A stretch of DNA of 64,000 bases from Dehalococcoidia bacterium (GTDB lineage: Bacteria > Chloroflexota > Dehalococcoidia > Lucifugimonadales > UBA3495). Below are positions 1 through 9,317 of the stretch, piece by piece; position 1 is the stretch's first letter, and each line of letters starts with the position of its first letter. The position numbers and the translations under genes were made by a program. The notes under the pieces were generated by a model, which worked only from the letters and a program-made list of their open reading frames with translations, made no database searches and had not been told where the DNA came from. The stretch spans positions 1,099,106 through 1,163,105 of the forward strand of contig OY764869.1 of NCBI GenBank assembly GCA_963668585.1, in the 5' to 3' direction.

Positions 1-763
1 CCGGTTGGTCGCTGTCCATCCATTCGGCGTATGAGCCATCGTACAGGCGCACGTCGTAGCCCGCCTGTTGCATGGCCAGCCACGCCACGGATGCGCGCAC
101 GCCGCTGCGGCAGTATGCGATCACCGTATCGTTGTTGGCGACGCCCAGGTAGGCCAGCCGGTTCCGCAGTTCGTACTGGTCGATGAGCAGATTGCCGTCC
201 TCGCCGGTGGCGTCAGCGTGGGGCAGGTTGATGGCGCCGGGGATATGCCCGGGCCGATGGTCCATCTCCACCTCGCCGTTGAACTCCTCCACCGTGCGGG
301 TATCCAGCAATAAGGCGACGCCGGGGTTCGCCACATCGTCCAGGGTGGCCCGCAGCGTGGAGTTCAGATTCATGGTGAAGGGTTTGGCTGCCGCGGCAAC
401 GGGCCGGTACAGCACCTCGCGGCCCTCGTCCTTCCAGGACTCATACCGGAGGTCCATGATGTGTACGTCCTCGCGGCCCAGGTATTCCAGCGCCCAGGCT
501 GCCATCGCCGCGTTGCGTCCATCCTGGTGGTCGTAGAGAACCGGCGTAACGTCGTCGCCCAGGCCCGCGTCGCCAAACGCGGAGGCGAGTTGCGCCGGTT
601 CGCCCAGCCGTCCGTCGGGTCCCTGCAGTTTTTTGAAGGGCACGCTGACGGCGCCCCGCAGGTGGCCCATCAGGTAGCGCATCGCGGACCGGGGATCGAT
701 TACCAGGAACTCCGGGTTCCCGATGCGTTCAGCGACCCATTCGGCCGAAACAAAGGTCGCCAT
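1..763 (-). CDS. rhodanese-domain sulfurtransferase (tandem rhodanese domains); 3' end cut by the window edge
   Basis: The minus-strand frame is open from the ATG at 761-763 to the window edge, so it is absent from the ORF track (no stop in the window). My translation reads MATFVSAEWVAERIGNPEFLVIDPR...GHIPGAINLPH...VIAYCRSGVRASVAWLAMQQAGYDVRLYDGSYAEWMDSDQP. It has the CRSGxR active-site loop typical of thiosulfate/3-mercaptopyruvate sulfurtransferases. Its start overlaps the upstream OsmC stop as ATGA. Confidence 0.8.
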   Translation of the reverse strand, partial: MATFVSAEWVAERIGNPEFLVIDPRSAMRYLMGHLRGAVSVPFKKLQGPDGRLGEPAQLASAFGDAGLGDDVTPVLYDHQDGRNAAMAAWALEYLGREDVHIMDLRYESWKDEGREVLYRPVAAAAKPFTMNLNSTLRATLDDVANPGVALLLDTRTVEEFNGEVEMDHRPGHIPGAINLPHADATGEDGNLLIDQYELRNRLAYLGVANNDTVIAYCRSGVRASVAWLAMQQAGYDVRLYDGSYAEWMDSDQP

Positions 764-1296
764 CAGCCCACCATTTCAAAGTCGGTTTCGACCGCGGTGC
801 GATTGGCAACGGATTGCGTCACCGGGGACCCTTCCACCGCCAGACGCCAGATCTCCTTCAGTGTATCCTCGTCGGCGTCGGCGCGCACGAAGCACTTGGC
901 GGAAATCTGGCCGTAGCCCGGGTTCCCCTCGTCCTCCACGCCGGCCCACTTGCGGATGTTGTCGAAGTAGCCTTCCACGGCGATCTCAAGGTCGTGAATC
1001 CGCACGCCCTGCTTGGTGGCGTTGACCACGAATCCCACGGTCATGCAACTGCCGATGGCGGAGAGCAACTGCTCGTGAGCGCTGGCGGCCACGTCGGTGG
1101 CGGTCAGGTCGCCCGGTTCGTCCATGTCCACCTGGTGGTTGCGCATGTAGGCGCGGGCGCGCATCCCATCCTGCCACACCACGCGCGACTTCCACGGGCC
1201 GGTAACGGCGTTGAAAACGTCCGGGTCCCGGAAGGAATCGAGCACTTCGGCCAGTTTTTCCCGGGGCAAGCCATTCAGGTTTTCTTGTTCGGCCAT
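763..1296 (-). CDS. OsmC family protein (peroxiredoxin-like)
   Basis: 177-aa ORF with an OsmC-like layout, including ...LLSAIGSCMTVGFV... and ...ISAKCFVRAD... An AAAGGAG RBS lies upstream of the ATG. The stop overlaps the next gene's start. Confidence 0.85.
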   Translation of the reverse strand: MAEQENLNGLPREKLAEVLDSFRDPDVFNAVTGPWKSRVVWQDGMRARAYMRNHQVDMDEPGDLTATDVAASAHEQLLSAIGSCMTVGFVVNATKQGVRIHDLEIAVEGYFDNIRKWAGVEDEGNPGYGQISAKCFVRADADEDTLKEIWRLAVEGSPVTQSVANRTAVETDFEMVG

Positions 1297-1442
1297 GGTT
1301 CAGCTCCTTTCAATTGTTTCAATGGTGGCAAGATGGTTCAGCAGTCAGCCGGTTACACCAGCCGCTCCACCCGGTCCGGCAGTTAGCGAACACCGGCGCT
1401 GTAGGCTGTCTGCATATCGGGTTCAGTTTACCTTGCGCCCCG

Positions 1443-1793
1443 TTACGGCACGCGTTCCAGTTTATCCAACAGCAGGCCAACGTCTTCCAGGCCGGCCGCA
1501 ACGTCTGCGGGAGTGTCCAGATCTTCATAGAAATTGGTATGTAAATCGCTGGCTACCCGGTAGAGACGCCGGATTTCTGCATCCCCGGTTTCGTCGGATA
1601 ACTGGCTCGCCACACGTCGGATCTGCCGATGGCCGTGATGGTCCCAACCGCGACGTGCGGCGATGGACTTGAACATCTGCGCCGCTGCGCCCCAGCCCTT
1701 CTCCGATGCCTGTCGCGTATCTCCACGCGCCAGTTCCTCAAGCCCTTGCGTCAGCAATCTGCGGCTCGCTTCGTGGTAGGTTTGGGACACCAT
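1443..1793 (-). CDS. PaREP1 family (HEPN-like) protein
   Basis: Only the last 116 codons of track ORF 1443..2507 look real, starting at the ATG at 1791-1793. The sequence MVSQTYHEASRRLLTQGLEELARGDTRQASEKGWGAAAQMFKSIAARRGWDHHGHRQIRRVASQLSDETGDAEIRRLYRVASDLHTNFYED matches the PaREP1 signature as I recall it. It contains an RRGWDHH (Rx4H) motif. Confidence 0.75.
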   Translation of the reverse strand: MVSQTYHEASRRLLTQGLEELARGDTRQASEKGWGAAAQMFKSIAARRGWDHHGHRQIRRVASQLSDETGDAEIRRLYRVASDLHTNFYEDLDTPADVAAGLEDVGLLLDKLERVP

Positions 1794-1819
1794 GGTAGTA
1801 CCGGGTTTGATTACCCGCC

Positions 1820-2983
1820 TTACGCATACTCCGCGCGCAGGATCTGCGCGGCGTCCGTGATCACCTGCATCTTCCTGGCGGCCATCTCGTGCGTGTTCAC
1901 GTTGCGCTCCGCGAAGGTGCCGAAACCGCAGTCGGGATTCAGGTAAATCTTGTCGGCGTCGAAGTACTGCAGCAGTTCCTTCACCCGCTCCACGATCTGA
2001 CCCGCCGGCTCGATGTCGTCGGTGCGCGGATTCACCACGCCCAGGCCGATCTCCTTCTCGTTGCTGTATTCCTTGAACACTTCCATCTCGCCGGCGCGGG
2101 GCGTGGCGCACTCCAGCACCAGTTGGTCGATGTTCATCTGCACCAGGTACGGGAGCATCGGGCCGTAGTTGCCGGTCAGCAGCACCTCTTCCTTCTTGCT
2201 CCAGTTGCCCCGGCAGATGTGTACGCCGGTCTTGATGCCATCGATGCCGTCCAGCGTCTCGTTCATCAACCGCACGGCCATCTCGAGTTCGTCGGTGGGG
2301 TCGCGGCGGTTCGGCAGCGCGGCGCACATGAAGGTCTCGGTGGTCTCTTCGCCGAAAACCACCTGGGAGAGGGTGGGCTCGTCCAACTGCACGAAGTCGC
2401 AGCCCTGGTCGCGCAGGGCGATAATCTCCTCGCGCAGGATCTCGACCACGTCTTTGGCCAGGTCGTCGGGAGACGGATAGGCCTTGTCCGACAGGCCTTC
2501 GAACCAACTGGAACGGGTGAGCATGTAGGGGCCCGGCAGCGGGACCTTGATCTGGCGGTCGGTGTGTTCGCGCATGAAGGCCAGTTCATCCAGCGCCAGC
2601 CCCTGGCGCTTGCCGATGCGGTCAATCACAATCGGGCTCTTGATGGCGAATGACGGGACGTCCAGGGCGCGCAGCACCTCTTCCATGCGTGCGCGGTCCG
2701 TGGAATAGTCCAGCAACTCGGACACCTTCATCAGCTGCATTCCGGTGAGTTTGTCCACCGCGAACGAGTAGAAGTTGTCTCTACGCTGCTCGCCATCGCT
2801 GATGATGTCCACGCCCGCCTGTTCCTGGGCGCGGATGCAATCCAGGACCTCGCCGTCGGCCACTTCGTTGAACTGGGCCAGCGTGATTTCGCCAGCCTCC
2901 TTGCGCCGCAGGGCGCGGATCAACTCGGTCGAGCGGGGCCAACTTCCTACCACTGTCACTGGGAAAAGAGGGGCGTCCGGCAT
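1820..2983 (-). CDS. cobalamin-independent methionine synthase (MetE C-terminal domain) family methyltransferase
   Basis: Track ORF 1820..3052. The likely start is the internal ATG at 2981-2983 (MPDAPLFPVTVVGSWPRS...), which has GGAG 8 nt upstream. MetE catalytic-domain features are present: ...DIISDGEQRRDNFYSF..., ...VQLDEP..., ...GVHICRGN..., ...YLNPDCGFG... Confidence 0.85.
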   Translation of the reverse strand: MPDAPLFPVTVVGSWPRSTELIRALRRKEAGEITLAQFNEVADGEVLDCIRAQEQAGVDIISDGEQRRDNFYSFAVDKLTGMQLMKVSELLDYSTDRARMEEVLRALDVPSFAIKSPIVIDRIGKRQGLALDELAFMREHTDRQIKVPLPGPYMLTRSSWFEGLSDKAYPSPDDLAKDVVEILREEIIALRDQGCDFVQLDEPTLSQVVFGEETTETFMCAALPNRRDPTDELEMAVRLMNETLDGIDGIKTGVHICRGNWSKKEEVLLTGNYGPMLPYLVQMNIDQLVLECATPRAGEMEVFKEYSNEKEIGLGVVNPRTDDIEPAGQIVERVKELLQYFDADKIYLNPDCGFGTFAERNVNTHEMAARKMQVITDAAQILRAEYA

Positions 2984-3211
2984 TGGTTGTACTCCGGGGG
3001 CCGCGGCGTTGCCTGGTGTGCATTCGTAGGGCGCGCGTTGGTGCGCAGCCAATGAAATAACGGCCGCAAATAATCTACACCATAAACATGCGAGTGTCCA
3101 AATTAATTGAGCAGCGCCAACCGTTGAGACTTGAGGTGACTGCCCACGTCGAATCGGACGGCGCCGGGCGGGCGCCGTCTTTCCGGAGGGGCAGAGGGTT
3201 TCTCGCCCCTG

Positions 3212-3283
3212 CGGTTGGTGGTTCGTTGGTTGGCGGTTGGTTTTGTTTCGGAGGGTTTGGTTTTGGTGTGAGAGGCGGGATTC
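3212..3283 (+). repeat. G/T-only low-complexity tract (GGTTGG-type repeats; C/A-rich on the minus strand)
   Basis: Read directly: ggttggtggttcgttggttggcggttggttttgtttcggagggtttggttttggtgtgagagg. It is intergenic, between the MetE-like gene and the Type ISP gene. Confidence 0.6.
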
Positions 3284-3710
3284 CGGATCGTTGTCAGCGC
3301 ACGGCCGGTACGCAACTATTTGAACGGCAGTTCCGTGGTCGCAGGACTATTTGGTTGAGTCCCTACCACGCGGGCCCGAACAATCCCGGTGGGCCAGTGC
3401 GGCACCGCCGGTGAGTACGTTGGTCGGATATCGGCGAATTGCCACCTGGACCGGTTGCGATTTGTTGCTGACGGGGTTGGCCGTCGATCCGGAAATCTGC
3501 CTCTCTGGGGTTGGGGTGGAGCAGCTGCTTGATCTAGACAGTATTAGGATATACGTTCGTATTGGCGGTGTCAAGGGGGTTTTTTACAGGAGAGAATTGC
3601 ATATCTCGCGTTTTCGATGCGCGGCTCGTGAATTCGCAACACCGGTGACGGAAACCGGAATCGAGTTTTACTCGAGATGCGGTGCCCGGATTTGGCCGAG
3701 GGTGCCGCGA

Positions 3711-5930
3711 CTATGCGGGGTGGGTTGTTGAGGAGATGGCCGGTGCATCAGGCCACTCCTCCAGTTCGTCGGCGTATTGGTTGTAACCGAGGCCGCGGAC
3801 GTGGGGCTCTTGGTGCAGCAGGTGGCGTAGGCGGGCCAATTCATCGGCATCCCAGCCCATGGCCTCGGCGACGGCTTCGTCCCACAGGCGGCGCACTTCG
3901 CATTCGCCGTCTTGGAACTGTGGCACGGTCATGTCCTTGGTTCTTTCCCAGCAATATGCGAGGGTCTGACGGATGCTGGCGTCATCGACGTTGGGGATGC
4001 GGATGTTCTCGATTGGTTTGGGGTTGTATATTGGAAAAGCCAGTTTCCTGCCGGCGTTGCGGAGGAGTTGCAGCCGACCGGCGGTTGAGTTGATGAATAC
4101 GGCGACGGCTTTCGCTTCTTGGACGGTCGGGCCGGTGATGGGCAAGAAGCCGCGGCCAACGTATCGGTCTTCGCTTGCAGTTGCTGTCACTCTGGCAGTG
4201 GATGGGGCTTGGCCTGATGTGACAAGCAGGTGCCCAGCTTTTGCGAGTAGTTTGTCTACTTCGGGGTAGGTTCCCCCATTAGCTACTCGTCTTTCCTCGT
4301 CCAAGTTGGTCGGTTGCCATTGGGCATCTGGAGTGCTGCGGATAGTAGTTTGTCCGTCGGCACCCTTTGAGCTAATGATGGGGAAGCTTCCCGGTGTCTC
4401 TAGCGAGGTGGGCACAAAGCTTTCTTTGCTCAACGCGGAAGTTTTCCAGCAGTGGTATCTGTGCTCTCCGATGGTTCGCATAGCTGGGTGTTCGGCAAAC
4501 TGCCGTGCGGCTTCGGCCAGTTCGGGAGACCGCCAGATGGCAGGGGTCCAGTCCCCCGCTTCAATGCGTGGAGCTGGCCAATATGACACCTGGCCCCAGC
4601 CGTCGGATATTGGACCGTCCCGGCATTCCAGCAAGGCTTGGTGCAGTTTTGCAACGCTTTCTTCCTCGCGAGGCATCTGGTCCAAGTGGATGAACCGAGT
4701 TGGCGGTCGGCTACCCATGTGGCGTACAGCGATGACGATGCACTCATCAATTTCGACATTCTGGCTCAGGGTGAACTCTCGGGGCCAGCGGCCAGTAAGG
4801 ACGGTGTGGATGTGGTAGCGTTGTGCGAGTAGTTGGCGTTCTTTTAGGCCTGATGGAGTGGTGAGCGCGATAGTAGGCTCAATCATCGTCAAAACGCCAC
4901 TGTGAGGGTTGGCGCAGTAGTCAGCCAGTGCCACGAAAAGTGGCCTGATGGAATTCTTGTCGGCAAATTCCATGAGATCTGGATCTGCGTTGGTGAGCAT
5001 TCGCTCCATGGTGTCCGTGCGAGAGCGCAGGGCCCCCTGTATTCCTTTGGGGAACTTTTCTCCCATCTTGTTGCGGTTGGAAAAGGGTGGGTTCATGATG
5101 ACGATGCCTGCATTCCTGACCGCATCGACTGCATCTTCCAGTTCGGCGTCGTCGGGCTGGTTCCAGACAATTTGAGAGTTGATCTGGTTGTCGGGTATGT
5201 TCAGTTCGCCGTCCCTGGCGACGATGGCCTTCTGTCCCAGTAGTTCCAGTGTGCCCACGGATACCCGGGTCGGGTTGTCGGGGTTAGGGCCGTAGGGCAT
5301 CTGGTGCAGGCCCATGCGCCGGTAGCGGATGTCGTGATTGCCGGCGGTGAGTTGAGACGCGGCCAGTTGCAGCGAGACAGGGTTGATGTCCAACCCTTTG
5401 ATGGTTTCTTCTACCGCCAGTTTTTGTAGTTCGGTGATCTGTCTCTCGCTCGCACCCTGCTCTCGGGCGCGGCGTTTCATGTCCGTGAGCATCGCCGCCA
5501 GCAGAGTGCCGCTGCCGCAGGCTAGGTCAATGGTCTTGCGTTGACGCCACACTGACGCGTCGGTCCAGTCCACATCGCTGCAGGCATCCAGCGTCAGTCG
5601 GGCAGCAATGGAAGCGGCTACCGGACGGGTGAAAAAGGCACCGTCGGATGCTTGGTTTCCCATGACGCGGTTGAACAGGGGGCCTGCGTGGTCGGCGCCC
5701 ATGTCGGCGTAGGTCTCGGCGATGCGTTCCGCCTCCGCGGCTATGTGGCGTAGGGCCTTTTCTAGGCCCGCCAGCTTGCCGGTGTCCTCCACGGCGTCAA
5801 TGATACCCACGGCCGGCTCCAGCACGGGCCGGAAGTCGTGGGTCAGGATGCGGCCCCACTCACGACGCAGGCGGCGGACGACGTTGATGTCGTTTTTTCT
5901 GTGTCCAGGTCGCTGACGCCGGAGAGCCAT
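3711..5930 (-). pseudogene. Type ISP restriction-modification enzyme, C-terminal part (gamma-class N6-adenine DNA methyltransferase plus target-recognition region)
   Basis: 739-aa ORF with motif I DLACGSGTLL followed by motif IV NPPF. Its first ~30 codons overlap the end of the upstream helicase ORF in another frame. The two frames join cleanly at an A6 run (plus-strand T6, 5893-5898). Confidence 0.75.
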
Positions 5931-7960
5931 GTACCGTTGGCGATGCGCTGGTGGAGCATGGCGGCGTTCATCAGCAACAGGGCGGCGATGGTGCAGCCAT
6001 CGGCTTGGCTCTTTCGATTGTCGTCCTTCAGGTTGTCCAGGCCGAAGTGGTGGTCAAGGGCAGGCTGGAGTTCGTCATTCCGCAAAGCGTGAGCGGCTTC
6101 CCGGACACTGGTTTCCAGGACGTTGAGGTCTCTGACCACGCGGTTGTCCACTAGGCCAGATTTGGCGAGGAGGTTCATGCGGATGGCGTTGCCCTCGTCT
6201 TCCAGCTCGCTGAGGCGCAACTGCATGGCAATGTCCGCGCGTTCCGCGCGGGTGGGCCGTTTCGTCTTCTCCTTGCTGGAAGGGATGCGTTGGCCTTCGC
6301 CCTTGTTGATCATGTTCCGCGCCTTGTCCTTGGACTTGCGGACGTCCACCTTGCCGCGGATCTCATTGGCGGAGGGCTTGGCGCGGACGACGGTATCCCT
6401 GCGTAGTTCGTTGCTGCCGTCTTCGTTCTTTTTGCCAGCGATTATTTGGGTCGGCTCGCTTGGCTGCGTCTGGTAGGGCTGTGCTCGAACATCTGCGATA
6501 TTTCTGTCGCCGTCACCAGCGCATTGCCCATCCGCGGTGGTTGCCAGTGGTTGAACGTTGACCACCGGCTCGGTTGATGCCGTTTCGGTGATGGGGCCAA
6601 ATTCTCTGGCTAGAGTGCTCTTGTCGTCGAGCACCCGCTCCACAGCAAGTTCCGCTTCTCCCGGAGCACCCTCGTGTTCGCGGTAGTGGATGCGCTTGCT
6701 CTCGCCACCGGTGGCGACGGCCACGATGGTGCGCAGCGATTCCGGCGTTTTAGGAATGTACAGGTGCAGCAGTTCGGACAGGTTTTCCTCGATGCGCTGG
6801 TCGTGGGCGCGTAGGGCCAGCAGTATCTGGCCTAGTTCCTGCCAGCCCTCTTCCATGTTGCTGGAGCTGAGCCAGCTCTCGGGGTCGGCGTTGGGCGGGA
6901 TGAGGATGGGGCAAATGATGTAGCCCATGTCCTTGCCATCGGTGACGCGCATGGCTCTGCCCACGGCTTGGATCACGTCGATGGGGCTCTTGCGAGCTTC
7001 CAGGAAGGCTACAGCGTTCAGCGTGGGCGAGTCTGTTCCTTCGCCGAAGATGCCGACATTGATGATGCCATAAGGGTGGTCTTCAGTGGATTCGGCCAGG
7101 AGGCGCTTGGCATTGTCGCGGGCGGACACGTTGCTGGTGGCGTCCAGGTGCTCCAGTGTGTAGTTGGCGGCAGTCTGTCCTTCTTGGTGGTCGTCGAGCC
7201 AGCCCTGGAGCCAGTTGCGTACGGCGGGAGTTTGGAGGGCGTCGGCCATGTTCTTGGACTTGTCCACGGTATTCATGAAAGCGATGCAGGACTTGATTGG
7301 TACGGTCCCCTCACCGCGTTGCTGCGTGGCCCCACCCATGGCCAATGAGAAGGCCAGCCCGCGCAGGAAGTGGGAAGAGGTGAGGGGATTGCGTCCTTTG
7401 CTCTGGGTTTGGCCGGCGAGGGTGTTGGCGATGCGGTATTCATCAGGGCCGTTGACGCCCACGGCGATAATGCGGTAGTCGGCCAACCATTCGTTCTTGA
7501 CGGCTTCCACGTAGCTCTTGCGGTACAGTTCTATGCCGAAAGTGCCTTCGTCGTCCATGCTGCGGACTATCCAGTCGCTGGTTTGGTCTTGGTTGACTCG
7601 GCTGGTGTCATAGATGCGCGGTGTGGCGGTCTGATAGACGCGGTAGGTGGCGGGGAAGGCGTGGTTGTCGTGGCACAACGTGAAGTCGCGGATGCGCTGC
7701 TCCTCTTGGGACATCTCGGCTTTTTTGGCTTTGCCCTTGCGTCGCAAGCCGGCGGTGCGGTGGGCCTCGTCGCAGACCAGGACTTTGGCCGAGACGCTGG
7801 CTTCTTGCAGTGCCTCGGCGATGCGGCTGCCGCTCTGGTAGGTGCCGAAGATCACGCTGACTTGATCGGCGTGTTGCCCGCCGCGGATCCAATCGGAGAT
7901 TTCCGTCGGGTTGGTGGTGACCTTGCCTTTGACCTCGGAAGCGCTGACGTTGCTGTTGTC
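5843..7960 (-). pseudogene. Type ISP restriction-modification enzyme, middle part (SF2 helicase-like translocase, DEAH box)
   Basis: Track ORF 5843..7855 contains VCDEAHRTAG and a helicase C-terminal region (...GEGTDSPTLNAV...QAVGRAMR...). The frame stays open upstream to the IS630 junction at 7960 (LDNSNVSASEVKGKVTTNPTEISDWIRGGQHADQVSVIFGTYQSG). Confidence 0.75.
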
Positions 7961-8757
7961 TAGGGTAGGGTCCGCGGCCGTGTTTCGAGTGCTTTCTTTC
8001 TTGGGGTCGTAACCAGCCGTCTCGTCCGAGCAGACGGCCAGTGCTCGGATGTCAGTATCGGCCTGCTGGAGGTACTCGCGGCGATCTGGGCTACTAGTAC
8101 CCAGTCAACGTTGGAAAGGCAGGGGTAGAAGCGATGGAGTTTGGTTCTGGCGTGGGCGGTGCTGAAGCGCCAGTTGATCGGGACGCACGCGGTGTTGCGC
8201 CGCGTTTCGTAAGCCGTGATGGCGCGTTCCAGGGCGTCGGCATCGGGGTTTCTGCCTTTGAGACAGGCTCGGCTGAGCGCGCTGAATTCGATCTCAGCCA
8301 TGTTGAGCCAGCTGGCGTGCTTGGGGGTGTGGTGAAACTCCAGGCGTTTCACGATGCGTCGGGCCTCGGCCGCAGGGAAGGTTTCGTACAACGACGCCAT
8401 GCGGTGGGTGTTCAAATTGTCGAGAACCACGCGGATGACGGGCGCGTTGGGATACGCTGTGTCAACCAACCATTGCATCTGGTGGGCGAAGTCCACCATG
8501 GTGCGGCGCTGGGTGATGGCGATGTGGCGCCAGCCGGCCAGCGGCTCGCAGAACAGGAAGAGGTTGCGGGTGCCGCCGCGGCGGTACTCGTAGTCCTGGC
8601 GTCGGGGTCGTCCCGGCTGGGCGGGCAAGGGTTCTCGCACATCAGCCAGCAATTGAGTGGAAGTCTCGTCGAAGCACACCACCGGTCGGCTGGGGTCGTA
8701 AGGCTCGGCGTACAGGTCCAGCACGTCCTCCATGGCCGCCACAAACTCCCCGTTCAT
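7960..8757 (-). CDS. IS630-family transposase, DDE catalytic part (orfB)
   Basis: 265-aa ORF (...VVCFDETS..., ...VVLDNLNTH..., ...ASWLNMAEIEFS...). Upstream in this frame it reads NVLKPWQKRQWCISQ, the IS630 hallmark. The TAG stop (7960-7962) is built from the last IS base pairs plus the TA target. Confidence 0.85.
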   Translation of the reverse strand: MNGEFVAAMEDVLDLYAEPYDPSRPVVCFDETSTQLLADVREPLPAQPGRPRRQDYEYRRGGTRNLFLFCEPLAGWRHIAITQRRTMVDFAHQMQWLVDTAYPNAPVIRVVLDNLNTHRMASLYETFPAAEARRIVKRLEFHHTPKHASWLNMAEIEFSALSRACLKGRNPDADALERAITAYETRRNTACVPINWRFSTAHARTKLHRFYPCLSNVDWVLVAQIAASTSSRPILTSEHWPSARTRRLVTTPRKKALETRPRTLP

Positions 8758-9317
8758 CTGGGAGATGCACCACTGTCGCTTTTGCCAGGGCTTGAGGACG
8801 TTTTTTTGAGCCGTTGGCGCACCGTCTCGTATGACAGGCTCTCCACCACGCCCAACTCCACCACCTGGTCGGCCAGCAACCGCAGGGTCCAGTGGTCATG
8901 GCCTTCGGGCGCATCGCTGCACGCCAGGGCAATCAGGCTGGCTTCGCCGCGATCATCCAGCTTGCGGTACCGGTTGGCTTGAGGATGGTCGTGGAGTACG
9001 CCGTCCAATCCCTCCTCGGCGTACCGCCGCTTGGTGCGAAACACCGTGCGTGGCGAGGTGTCCAGGGCTGCCGCCACCTGGGACGCGCTCCAACCCTCGT
9101 CGGTCTTGAGCAGGATGCGAGCTCGATTGATGACCCGAGCCGAACTCCGGCCGCTGCGGATCAAACGCTCCAGCTGGGTCCGATCCTCCACCGACAACTG
9201 TACCGAATATTTCTCCTGAGCCATGCCTGCCGCACCTCCCGCACCGCTGTTTCCCACCACCGTAGCAACTATGGCCCATTACGTCCTTCATCTGCCAATA
9301 CAGGTTTGACTATATAC
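7963..9317 (-). mobile_element. IS630-family insertion sequence (1355 bp) flanked by a TA target duplication
   Basis: TA lies at 7961-7962 and again at 9318-9319. Removing 7963-9319 restores one continuous host frame (...VVLCPSIAL|DNSNVSAS...). The imperfect terminal inverted repeats are GGGTAGGGTCC and GTATATAGTCA. The element carries a two-ORF IS630 transposase. Confidence 0.85.
8754..9260 (-). CDS. IS630-family transposase, N-terminal HTH part (orfA)
   Basis: 168-aa ORF with helix-turn-helix regions (...RSGRSSARVINRARILLKTDEGWSASQVAAAL...). An A7 run (8801-8807) links it to orfB by a -1 shift. Confidence 0.85.
   Translation of the reverse strand: MVGNSGAGGAAGMAQEKYSVQLSVEDRTQLERLIRSGRSSARVINRARILLKTDEGWSASQVAAALDTSPRTVFRTKRRYAEEGLDGVLHDHPQANRYRKLDDRGEASLIALACSDAPEGHDHWTLRLLADQVVELGVVESLSYETVRQRLKKTSSSPGKSDSGASPR

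Noticed and set aside
1794-2507. The N-terminal 238 codons of track ORF 1443..2507.
   Set aside because: This part is Arg/Gly/Asp-rich and fully overlaps the MetE-like gene in another frame. Only the last 116 codons (PaREP1-like) look real.
2984-3300. A cobalamin or SAM riboswitch in the leader of the MetE-like gene.
   Set aside because: I read the minus-strand leader and found hairpins and a C/A-rich tract. I did not find a B12 box or S-box/SAM-II core that I can recognise.
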